This document shows, piece by piece, positions 28,324-37,137 of a stretch of 62,146 nt of DNA (within the stretch, counting starts at the first letter, position 1; each line of letters starts with the position of its first letter). Below the pieces are notes generated by a model. That model ran no database searches. It had not been told where the DNA came from and was given only the letters and a program-made list of their open reading frames with translations. The translations under genes were made by a program, and so were the position numbers. Source of the DNA: a virus (taxonomy: Duplodnaviria; Caudoviricetes); the IMG/VR virus record IMGVR_UViG_3300021519_000009, positions 1-62,146 of that record. One strand, written 5' to 3'.

Positions 28324-28836
28324 ATGGGCTTTTCGTCACTATCAGGTCGCGCCAGAACGTCGCCCAGCAATCCGCAGGCGCACGGAATTTGCGATCGCTG
28401 TGGCTTCAGATTCAACCATGTTGATTTGAAATTCCAGTACGACTGGCGTGGCTCGACGCTTCAGAACATTCAACTGCTCGTTTGCGGCACCTGCTACGAC
28501 AGGCCCCAGGACCAGCTGCGCGCCATAACGCTCCCCGCAGATCCTGTTCCGATCAGCAATCCGCGCGTTCAGGACTTCGTCGCAGCCGAAAACATGAACC
28601 GCGTCACGTCCGGCCAGAACACGATCGACCCCGTGACGGGCATTCCGATTATTGGCGGCGATACGCGCATTACGCAAAACGAAAAAGTGCGAGTCGCGCA
28701 ACAAACGGGCGAACCCTATTTCGGCCTCAACACACTGCCTGGCACGAGCGTGGCTGTCCCAACCGAACTCGAGATCAACGGGCCGGGCCTGCCGTACGAG
28801 AACACCACAGTCCCGTCAACAGGACCATCCACATGA
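28324..28836 (+). CDS. Zn-finger structural-module protein
   Basis: AHGICDRCGFRF...LVCGTCYDRPQ..DPVPISNPR. Confidence 0.7.
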   Translation: MGFSSLSGRARTSPSNPQAHGICDRCGFRFNHVDLKFQYDWRGSTLQNIQLLVCGTCYDRPQDQLRAITLPADPVPISNPRVQDFVAAENMNRVTSGQNTIDPVTGIPIIGGDTRITQNEKVRVAQQTGEPYFGLNTLPGTSVAVPTELEINGPGLPYENTTVPSTGPST

Positions 28837-29063
28837 GCGTCGTCCAAATCCCCAACCTCGGCGCTGCCATTGGCCTCGCTGGCTCGGAGCAGTTCGAGTG
28901 CGTGCAGTCTGGCGTCTCCGTCAAAGTGACGACGGCGCAGATCAAGACGTATGTCGTCTCTCCGCAGGGGAATTACGTCAACGATGCCGCTGCAGCTGCC
29001 GGCGGCGTGCCGGTTGGCGGTCTTTATCGAAATGGATCAGTCTTGATGATCAGAGTCACGTAG
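28833..29063 (+). CDS. Small fibre-like protein
   Basis: ATGA overlap; NDAAAAAGGVPVGGLYRNGSVLMIRV. Confidence 0.65.
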   Translation: MSVVQIPNLGAAIGLAGSEQFECVQSGVSVKVTTAQIKTYVVSPQGNYVNDAAAAAGGVPVGGLYRNGSVLMIRVT

Positions 29064-29133
29064 CAGGAACACGCGCGGGGATGCCAGCCGGGCCGCGCGT
29101 GTCCCCTTCCCGGCGGGCGCTAAGGGGGGTGAA

Positions 29134-29892
29134 ATGCAAACGAATTATCAGGATTGTCGGGCTTTTGTCCGAAAATACGAGGGCGGCTTCTCGAATATCC
29201 GATCTGACCCCGGCAATTGGACGGGCGGCAAGGTCGGTTCCGGTCAGTTGAAGGGCACGAAATACGGCATCGCGGCCAATTCACACCCCAACCTTGATAT
29301 TGCGAACCTGACAATGGAGCAGGCGGACGCGATTTTCAAAAAAGAATATTGGGATACAATCGGCGGCGACGCCATGCCGATGGGCATTGACCTTGTATCT
29401 TTTGACGTATCGGTCAATTCTGGCCCCGGCAAGGCCCGGCAATGGTATGTTGACGCAAGAGCCGCTAGTCAGCAGCCTCTCAATCAGATCCGGACGATTT
29501 GCACGCGGCGACTTTCATTCATGCACGGACTGCGGGCATGGAGCCAGTTTGGGAAGGGCTGGGCGGCGCGTGTCAGCGCCTGCGAGGCTAAAGCTATCGT
29601 CATGGCCAGCAAGGCTCTGAGCCTACATCCTAACACCACAATCCAGACGTTGGGTGTTGAGGCGGGCGCATCCAAGACAAAAGCGACAAAAGCCGCAAAG
29701 GTTGCAGTTGTCTCGGGCGGCGGCGGGGCGGTCACGACAGCAGACGCCGCGACGGCCGGCCACACCGGCAAAGTGATCGCTTTCATCATGATTGCCGCAC
29801 TGGTCGGCATGTGCGTCGTTCTCGTCATCAAGGCTATGCAGCACCAGCAGCGTGCGGAAGCCATGGACACAGAAGCCAAGGGAGTGGTCTGA
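29134..29892 (+). CDS. Endolysin, glycoside hydrolase family 108, with C-terminal TM segment
   Basis: YEGGF..DPGNWT..TKYGI, EYWD, FDVSVNSG, FGKGW..RV. Confidence 0.9.
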   Translation: MQTNYQDCRAFVRKYEGGFSNIRSDPGNWTGGKVGSGQLKGTKYGIAANSHPNLDIANLTMEQADAIFKKEYWDTIGGDAMPMGIDLVSFDVSVNSGPGKARQWYVDARAASQQPLNQIRTICTRRLSFMHGLRAWSQFGKGWAARVSACEAKAIVMASKALSLHPNTTIQTLGVEAGASKTKATKAAKVAVVSGGGGAVTTADAATAGHTGKVIAFIMIAALVGMCVVLVIKAMQHQQRAEAMDTEAKGVV

Positions 29893-30431
29893 TGGATTGG
29901 TCAGTTCTCGTAGGCCCACTCACGCAAGTCGGCGGCACTATTCTTGGTGGCCTGATTGGCGGCCCCGCGGGGGCCATGCTTGGCCCGGCCATTGGGGCGA
30001 CGCTGGGGCAGGCGCTGGGCGTACCTGCGACGCCCACAGACATCGGCGGCGCACTGGCTCAGCCTGGCGCGGCGGCAACCGTGCAGCAGATCGAGGCGGA
30101 CCACGCTGCGGCGTTCAAGACTGCCGAAAAGGCCTACCTTGAGGACATTGCTGACGCCCGGTCGAAGCAGCTCGAGTATGCCAAGATGGGGTCAACCATC
30201 GCGTATGCGCCCATCGTGATATCGACCATCATTGTCATTGGGTTCCTCGGTCTTGTCTTCGCGCTTCTGTTCCGCGCCGTGCCTGATAGTCAGTTAACCA
30301 TGGTGTTGTTCGGCGCGCTGACAGCGGCCTTCGGGCAGGTGGTCAATTACTGGCTTGGATCCTCAAAGGGATCGGCTGACAAAAATGCGACCGTTGATGA
30401 TTTGCTGAGGGGCGTCGTCAAAAGCAGGTAA
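29892..30431 (+). CDS. Holin-like membrane protein
   Basis: Hydrophobic segments; DIADAR and VVNYWLGSS motifs; follows endolysin. Confidence 0.7.
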   Translation: MDWSVLVGPLTQVGGTILGGLIGGPAGAMLGPAIGATLGQALGVPATPTDIGGALAQPGAAATVQQIEADHAAAFKTAEKAYLEDIADARSKQLEYAKMGSTIAYAPIVISTIIVIGFLGLVFALLFRAVPDSQLTMVLFGALTAAFGQVVNYWLGSSKGSADKNATVDDLLRGVVKSR

Positions 30432-30485
30432 TAAAAAGTCCAAGCATACTAAAATAAGGGTATTAATCCCCAAGGAGATTTTTGA

Positions 30486-30731
30486 ATGAGTGAAGAAGAT
30501 GCGTCCAATGAGCAATTGCTCCCACATATAGAAGTAAGGGGCGATGAAGATCGCCCCTTCACTCCCTACGAACGTCAACAAATTCGGCAACTACTACTAG
30601 CGGATAAAAGAAGGCAATGGGTACTCTCGACTATTCTGATAATCGCAAAGTGGGTTTCTGGCGTTGGCGCGGCGATGATCCTTATGCAGGACTACCTCAA
30701 GAAACTTCTAATACCTGGAGTCCCACATTGA
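30486..30731 (+). CDS. Small membrane protein
   Basis: AAGGAG RBS; C-terminal hydrophobic stretch. Confidence 0.6.
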   Translation: MSEEDASNEQLLPHIEVRGDEDRPFTPYERQQIRQLLLADKRRQWVLSTILIIAKWVSGVGAAMILMQDYLKKLLIPGVPH

Positions 30732-31189
30732 CCCGAAATATCATCGGAAGAAACATAATAGGGGCCTTCTTTGCGCTCCTGTTATCTATCGGGATCATGC
30801 ATGAAAGTCTGGAATTGCGATTTGCTCCCATCATCAAGAATGTAAGGACTGTTTATATCTCGCGTACCCAGGACACAGTCACATTCACCCTTGATTTTGA
30901 TAAAATCAGGTCCGGAGCCGGGGTCCAGAACAGTTGGTGGATTGATGGACCTGGCAATATCGGAAGGTATTTTCAGACGCCGACCAATTGCGGTGGCGCT
31001 CCACTAGCGGCCGGCGCGCAGGCTGTGGGGACGCATGGCCACAGAGAGCTTTGCATGCATATCCCTATGTTTTTGCGGGACAATCCGTTCGTAATCGGTG
31101 GTGTCATTGGATATTCCGGGCCTCCGACATCGTATCTCGGGTGGCGGGTTCCGACACCCATTCCGTTGATAGACGTCCCGGCAATGTAG
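30728..31189 (+). CDS. Membrane-anchored protein
   Basis: TTGA overlap; N-terminal TM IIGAFFALLLSIGI. Confidence 0.55.
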   Translation: MTRNIIGRNIIGAFFALLLSIGIMHESLELRFAPIIKNVRTVYISRTQDTVTFTLDFDKIRSGAGVQNSWWIDGPGNIGRYFQTPTNCGGAPLAAGAQAVGTHGHRELCMHIPMFLRDNPFVIGGVIGYSGPPTSYLGWRVPTPIPLIDVPAM

Positions 31190-31260
31190 GCAAATAAGCG
31201 GCGTTTTACTTTTGCTGCGAAAGAGACTAAACTAAATGACCTGATAGGTGGGCCAAGACG

Positions 31261-32622
31261 ATGACGACAACGAACAAATCCCTTGCGCAACCTGCCAGCA
31301 ATTCATCGAATTGGGATGTCCCGCTCAATGCCAACTTTGGCGTTATCGATGCTTCTCTTGGGAGCACGACGTCAATCAATGTGACAACCGTCAACACGAC
31401 CCCTGTTACTTTGACTGAAACCCAATACCAAAGCCTGATTGTAAAATTTTCTGGCACGCTCAGCAACAATGTCCGGTATAATTTGCCCAGCGGAGTCGGC
31501 GGGCAATGGACCGTCTACAACAACACGAGCGGCGCATATTCCGTTACATTTGGATCTTTGGGGGGCGGGACCACGATCGCCATCACGCAGGGTGCGAAAG
31601 CAATTCTGACCTGTGACGGGACAAATGTTTTTTATGCGGATGATTCCCGTACATCGCCTGGCGGCAGCAACACGCAAGTTCAGTATAACAACTCTGGCGC
31701 GTTTGCCGGGTCTGCAAATTTGACATTTGACGGATCGAGCGTGATTCTGACTGGCAGCTTAACTGTCCAGACAGGGCCGATCAATCTAAACAATTCTCAG
31801 CCTCTCGCGATCAAAAATTCCTCTGGCTCGCTTTATCAGGCTGTGCAGGTTGATGGATCGAACAATCTGCAGATCGGCTCAACGAACTTTACCGGAAAGA
31901 TTTCGTTTTATAATAATGGCGCAGAGCACGGATATTTCGGGACGGGCGGAGATTTCAATGTCGGCGCGAATGGCGTCGTCGTAAATACAAAATTTTCAAT
32001 GACGCATGACGGATCAAATGCGGCATTGTCGAACACCACAGGCAGCACGCTATTTTATAGCCCTTCGAGTTACGTTTGGCATATCAGCGGAACTCAATTA
32101 GCCCGTCTTGATGTGAATGGCAATTTCGACGTTGGCAGCGGCGACCAGTCTGGCTCGGGCCTCTACAACTGCATCTCAACACTTGGGTATTTCACGCGCA
32201 GCGGTTACAGCGGCAGCTTCGATGGAAATGTTTTCAACATTTCTTGGAGCGGCTCGGCGGCAACATTGTGGATTGGCAACGGGAACGCCGGAATCATAAA
32301 CACAACGTCTGATCGGCGCATCAAGGAAAACATCGCCCGCCTGCCTGATGGCGCTGTTGCGCAGATCATGGCGCTGCGTTCCGTCACTTACACGCACAAA
32401 AGCATAGGCATCTGGCGGCCTGGCGGCGAGAAGGTTGGTTTCGTCGCTGATGAGGTCGCTAAGTCTATTCCGCAAGCCGTCATTGGTGAGCCAGATGCGC
32501 TCGACAAGGACGGAAACATCATCGCACAGAACATCGACCCAATTGCAATTCTGTCCGTTGCAGTGAAGGCATTTCAGGAACTGAAATCAGAATTCGATGC
32601 CTATAAAGCAGCGCGTCCATGA
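31261..32622 (+). CDS. Tail fibre with C-terminal intramolecular chaperone (peptidase S74-like)
   Basis: GGSNTQVQYN; TSDRRIKENI...GFVADEV...VKAFQEL. Confidence 0.85.
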   Translation: MTTTNKSLAQPASNSSNWDVPLNANFGVIDASLGSTTSINVTTVNTTPVTLTETQYQSLIVKFSGTLSNNVRYNLPSGVGGQWTVYNNTSGAYSVTFGSLGGGTTIAITQGAKAILTCDGTNVFYADDSRTSPGGSNTQVQYNNSGAFAGSANLTFDGSSVILTGSLTVQTGPINLNNSQPLAIKNSSGSLYQAVQVDGSNNLQIGSTNFTGKISFYNNGAEHGYFGTGGDFNVGANGVVVNTKFSMTHDGSNAALSNTTGSTLFYSPSSYVWHISGTQLARLDVNGNFDVGSGDQSGSGLYNCISTLGYFTRSGYSGSFDGNVFNISWSGSAATLWIGNGNAGIINTTSDRRIKENIARLPDGAVAQIMALRSVTYTHKSIGIWRPGGEKVGFVADEVAKSIPQAVIGEPDALDKDGNIIAQNIDPIAILSVAVKAFQELKSEFDAYKAARP

Positions 32623-33392
32623 CAACAGGCCTCACTTACGCACAATATGTTACGCAGATCGCCACGCTTGCAGTTGTGAGCGAGACTGATCCAAACTTTC
32701 TCGAAATCTTGCCGCAAACGATCACTTATGCTGAAAATCGCATGTATCGTGACATTGACTTCTTGTTTACGTCAACGTCGCTCCACGGCACAACTTTCAA
32801 ACTGACGGCAGGAAATCGCAACTTATCGTTCAACATTGATCTGTCTGCAAACTCGGACACGGCCAGCGGCACGTTTGTTGTCAGCGAGCAGATCAATTTG
32901 TTGACAAATGCCGATGGCACGCCTGCCAGCACCACGAATCCAGATCTTTGTGTGCGGGAGCCTTTGCTGCCAACGACGAAAGAATTTCTCGATGCGGTGT
33001 ATGGCTCTTCATTGACGGCCAATCGCGGCCAGCCGAAATATTTTGTGCCGTTCAACGAAACGCTATTTTTTGTTGGCCCTGTTCCGGCATCAGATTATTA
33101 TGTTGAGGTGATCGGAACTTTCCGACCGAACAGCTTGTCATCAACCAACACAACGACGTTCATCAGTCTTTATTTACCTGACGTTTTCATTATGGCGAGC
33201 ATGATCTACATCAGCGGCTATCAGCGCAATTTTGGGCGCGCGAATGATGATCCGCAAATGGCCGTCAGCTATGAGAGTCAATATCAAGCCCTCCTCAAGA
33301 GCGCGATGACCGAAGAGGCGCGCAAGAAGTTCGAGTCTTCGGGTTGGTCATCACAAGGGCCGTCCCCGACCGCAACCTCGTCGCGGGGGTGA
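32619..33392 (+). CDS. Tail tubular A / adaptor-like protein
   Basis: ITYAENRMYR, GQPKYF, VGPVP, PDVFIMASM, YESQYQ. Confidence 0.65.
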   Translation: MTTGLTYAQYVTQIATLAVVSETDPNFLEILPQTITYAENRMYRDIDFLFTSTSLHGTTFKLTAGNRNLSFNIDLSANSDTASGTFVVSEQINLLTNADGTPASTTNPDLCVREPLLPTTKEFLDAVYGSSLTANRGQPKYFVPFNETLFFVGPVPASDYYVEVIGTFRPNSLSSTNTTTFISLYLPDVFIMASMIYISGYQRNFGRANDDPQMAVSYESQYQALLKSAMTEEARKKFESSGWSSQGPSPTATSSRG

Positions 33393-33395
33393 TGC

Positions 33396-35693
33396 ATGCC
33401 CCATCAAACCTTGAAGCTTCTCCCCGGCGTTGACACCAATAAAACGATTACGCTGAATGAAGCAGCGATATCATCGTCGAACCTGATCCGCTTCATCCCA
33501 GACCGAACGCTTGGCGGATTGCCGCAGAAACTTGGCGGCTGGTCGCAGTTTGTGCAAAATTGGACGAGCCCCACGCCGATCAAGGCGTTGATGGCGTGGG
33601 AAGACACCAACAATTCATCGCATTTGGCGATCGGCGCTGAAGATGCACTTTATGTTGCGAGCGGAGATCCGCTTGTGCCGACGGACATTTCTCCGCAAAT
33701 TTACACTGCGAACGTCAGCATCGCACTGACGACCGTTGCTGGTTCAAATCAAATTTTGGTCGGTGACGTTGGCAGCCATATTACGAGTCTTGATGCTGTT
33801 TTCATCGCAACGCAGATCACAATCGGCGGCCTTGTTCTTTACGGGCTTTATCCGACTACTCTAAACGGTGCAGACTCATATTACATTTACGCGACGGACG
33901 TTCTAGGCAATCCGCAATATGCCACATCGTCCGTTGGCCCGGCGGGTGCTGTTCCTGTTTTCGACACAACTTCTGGCTCTGCAACAATCGCGGTCACGCT
34001 TGCAAATCATGGACTTTCCGTTGGCAGCAACTTCCCGGTTTTCGTTTCGACGAGCGCGGGAGGGCTGACGCTTTACGGCAATTACACGGTTGATTCCGTG
34101 ACATCGACGAGTGTTTTTTCTTTTCTCGCACAAAATCAGGCTGGATCATCCGCCACGGTAACGATGAATGGCGGGAAGGCCCAATATATTTACTATATCG
34201 GCAGCGGTGTGCTGCCTACGAGTACAGGATACGGGATCGGGGGATATGGCGCTGGTGGATATGGCACGGGCGTCGCGCCGACGTCGGGGCGCGTTTTCGC
34301 CACGACCGCAGCAAGCGGGACCGGGTCTGTCGCAACCTTATCATTCTCAGGCAATTGGGCAGTGCCCGCTGGATCGCGCATCGTGGTGGCTGGCGTTACG
34401 CCGTCAGGCTATAATGGAACCTACACGGTCACCGCCAACTCACCGGGCAGGACAACTACGGTCAGTTTCGCGAGTACAACGACGGGAGCACAGACTGTCC
34501 CCGGCACCATCACCGTTACATATTGGCCATTCGAGACTGGAGCTCCGGCCATCGACGAGGACTGGACGCTCGACAATTGGGGCGAGGTTCTGATCGCTTG
34601 CGAATATAATGGCGGAATTTATCAATGGTCGCCGATCTCTGGCGCATTCAATGCGACGATTTTGCCTTATGGTCCGGCAACAAACCATGGTGCGCTTGTG
34701 GCAATGCCGCAACGCCAGATCATCGCTTGGGGGTCGACTTTTAATGGCCTGCACGATCCATTGTTGATCCGCTGGTGCGATGTTAACAATTACGATGACT
34801 GGTCGGGGAAAATAACCAATCAAGCCGGCAGTTATCGACTTTCTAAAGGGTCCAAGATCGTTTCTTGCCTGCAGGCGGCGCAACAAACGCTTGTCTGGAC
34901 TGATCTTGGCATATGGTCGATGCAATATGTTGGGCAGCCCTTTGTTTATCAGTTCAGTGAGTTGGGAACCGGGTGCGGGCTGATAGCCAGAAAGGCGACC
35001 GCGGCCGTTGGCGGCATTGTCTATTGGATGGGGCAGTCTCAATTTTATCGGTTGGGTGGGAATGGCGTCGAGCCAATTTCGTGTCCGGTCTGGGATGTCA
35101 TTTTCCAGGACATTGATATGGATAACAAGGACAATATCCGCGTTGCGGCCAATTCAAGATTTGGCGAGATTGCCTGGTATTATCCGATTTCGGGTTCGAA
35201 TGGGGCTAATTCGAAATATGTGAAATACAACATTAACCTGGACAAGTGGGATTTCGGAACACTTGCCCGATCTGCGTGGATTAATGAATCTATCTATGGG
35301 CCTCCGATCGGGGCGGCAGACGGGATCATTTACCAGCATGAAACATCTACCGATGCGGCTGGCCAGCCTATGCTCCCAACCATGCAGACTGGTTATTTCG
35401 CCTTGAGCGATGCGGACCAGAAAGTTTTTGTTGATGAAGTTTGGCCCGACATGAAGTGGGGGTATTACGGCGGAACGCAGAACGCCAACGTACAAATCAC
35501 TTTTTATGGGGCTGACTTTCCTGGGCAGACGCCTATTACATACGGACCTTACACAGTCACTCAAAGTACCAAATGGTTCAACCCGCGTATTCGGGCTCGT
35601 CTTCTCGCCATTGAAATTTCCAGTTCGGATAGTGGGTCATTTTGGCGACTTGGCGGCATTCGTTATCGCTCTCAGCCAGATGGGAGATATTGA
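33396..35693 (+). CDS. Tail nozzle / tubular B (P22 gp10-like DNA-stabilising) protein
   Basis: PQKLGGW, WTLDNWGE, LLIRWCD, NQAGS, VYWMG, FGEIAWYYP, WRLG..R...DGR. Confidence 0.8.
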   Translation: MPHQTLKLLPGVDTNKTITLNEAAISSSNLIRFIPDRTLGGLPQKLGGWSQFVQNWTSPTPIKALMAWEDTNNSSHLAIGAEDALYVASGDPLVPTDISPQIYTANVSIALTTVAGSNQILVGDVGSHITSLDAVFIATQITIGGLVLYGLYPTTLNGADSYYIYATDVLGNPQYATSSVGPAGAVPVFDTTSGSATIAVTLANHGLSVGSNFPVFVSTSAGGLTLYGNYTVDSVTSTSVFSFLAQNQAGSSATVTMNGGKAQYIYYIGSGVLPTSTGYGIGGYGAGGYGTGVAPTSGRVFATTAASGTGSVATLSFSGNWAVPAGSRIVVAGVTPSGYNGTYTVTANSPGRTTTVSFASTTTGAQTVPGTITVTYWPFETGAPAIDEDWTLDNWGEVLIACEYNGGIYQWSPISGAFNATILPYGPATNHGALVAMPQRQIIAWGSTFNGLHDPLLIRWCDVNNYDDWSGKITNQAGSYRLSKGSKIVSCLQAAQQTLVWTDLGIWSMQYVGQPFVYQFSELGTGCGLIARKATAAVGGIVYWMGQSQFYRLGGNGVEPISCPVWDVIFQDIDMDNKDNIRVAANSRFGEIAWYYPISGSNGANSKYVKYNINLDKWDFGTLARSAWINESIYGPPIGAADGIIYQHETSTDAAGQPMLPTMQTGYFALSDADQKVFVDEVWPDMKWGYYGGTQNANVQITFYGADFPGQTPITYGPYTVTQSTKWFNPRIRARLLAIEISSSDSGSFWRLGGIRYRSQPDGRY

Positions 35694-36035
35694 TTGGCTG
35701 CATCACTCGACGATATCTTAACCACGCAGCGCAATGGCGTCATCGCGGCGAACAACATCGCCCAAACGTACCTGAATGTTCAGGGTATCGTCGCTGCAAA
35801 TGCGTTGACGACCACGACGCTTGTCAGCACCGGAACAGGTCGGTTGGCTTCTGTCAGCGTCCTGGTGGCTGGCGCAGCTGGTAAAATTTATGACGCGGCA
35901 AACAGCAGCCTCACTACAAATCAAATATACGTGATACCTGCCGTGGTTGGCGTGTATGTCGTGAATTGGCCGATCGTAAACGGAATTGTCGTCGCTCCAG
36001 GCGCTGGCCAAACCGTTTCAGTTTCTTATTCGTGA
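35694..36035 (+). CDS. Virion structural protein
   Basis: 113 aa; GIVVAPG. Confidence 0.65.
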   Translation: MAASLDDILTTQRNGVIAANNIAQTYLNVQGIVAANALTTTTLVSTGTGRLASVSVLVAGAAGKIYDAANSSLTTNQIYVIPAVVGVYVVNWPIVNGIVVAPGAGQTVSVSYS

Positions 36036-36042
36036 GGACGCC

Positions 36043-36642
36043 ATGCCGCTCGTGAAGGGAAAAAGCTCAGAAACGATCAGCCATAATATTTCGGAAATGG
36101 TGGCGGCCGGCCATCCGCATGACCAGGCAGTCGCTGCGGCCTTGAATACAGCACGCCACAGCAAGGCGATCGGCGGCGGTTTCCGCGCTCCTCGAGCAAA
36201 AGGCCCGCGCATGTTTGCCGGGCCGATCCACAGCGGCGTGGCGGGCAGGACTGACCATTTGCCGACGACTGTCAGGTCCGGATCCTATGTCTTGCCGGCA
36301 GACATTGTTTCGTCGTTCGGAGAGGGGAACACGATCGCCGGGTTCAAGCACGTCAAGCGCATCTTTGGCGGCGCGCCCTACGGTGCTGCGGGCATGCCTT
36401 ATGGAGGTAATTCAGGCCCCTATGGGGCGAATATACCCCATAAGGCAGCGGGCGGCGAAGTCGAAGCGCCTGTGAAAGTCGTGCTGGCTGGCGGTGAATA
36501 TGTCCTGCAGCCACATGAAGTCGCCTATGCGGGAGATGGCGACATCGACGCTGGCCACAAGGCGCTCGACGCATTCGTCCTGCATACGCGCAAGCATTTG
36601 GTGAAGACACTGAAGGGCCTTCCGGGCCCCAAACGCGACTAG
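36043..36642 (+). CDS. Protein with duplicated G(S/E)YV-type domain and AxGG motifs
   Basis: ISHNISEM..QAVAAAL; GRTDHLP..GSYVLPAD; LAGGEYVLQP..GDIDAGHKALD. Confidence 0.7.
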   Translation: MPLVKGKSSETISHNISEMVAAGHPHDQAVAAALNTARHSKAIGGGFRAPRAKGPRMFAGPIHSGVAGRTDHLPTTVRSGSYVLPADIVSSFGEGNTIAGFKHVKRIFGGAPYGAAGMPYGGNSGPYGANIPHKAAGGEVEAPVKVVLAGGEYVLQPHEVAYAGDGDIDAGHKALDAFVLHTRKHLVKTLKGLPGPKRD

Positions 36643-36650
36643 GGGGAAAT

Positions 36651-37136
36651 ATGGAAACCGCGACTGTACGGATCGGGAATGACAGAGACGTGGACGGCAT
36701 GATGGCGCTGGCGCTTGCCGCCTGCGAGGAAAATGGGCTCACAAACCCGAACCCGATGAAGCTCCTGGCTGAGATATGGGCTGGCCTGACGCGCGACCAT
36801 GGGATTGTCGGGATTATCGGAGAGGCGGGCAAGCCGTTCGAGGCGGCGCTCCTTATGCGCGTCGAGAGCCTGTGGTATTCTGATGAGCCCAGCCTCGTCG
36901 AGCGAGCCATCTTCGTGCATCCAGACTATCGCAACGCCAAGGGCGGCCGAGCCCGCAAACTGTGCGAGTTCGCCAAGAACGCAGCAAGCTTGCTCGAATT
37001 GCCGCTCGTAATCGGTATCCTCAGCTCGCAGCGCACTGAGTCAAAAGTTCGTCTTTATGAGCGTCAGTTTGGCAAGCCAAGCGGCGCATACTGGATTGTT
37101 GGCGGCGTGACAGGCCACTCGGCGGCGGAGCACTGA
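36651..37136 (+). CDS. GNAT-fold acetyltransferase-like protein
   Basis: IFVHPDYRNAKGGRARKL; lies just before ejection genes. Confidence 0.7.
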   Translation: METATVRIGNDRDVDGMMALALAACEENGLTNPNPMKLLAEIWAGLTRDHGIVGIIGEAGKPFEAALLMRVESLWYSDEPSLVERAIFVHPDYRNAKGGRARKLCEFAKNAASLLELPLVIGILSSQRTESKVRLYERQFGKPSGAYWIVGGVTGHSAAEH

Positions 37137-37137
37137 A

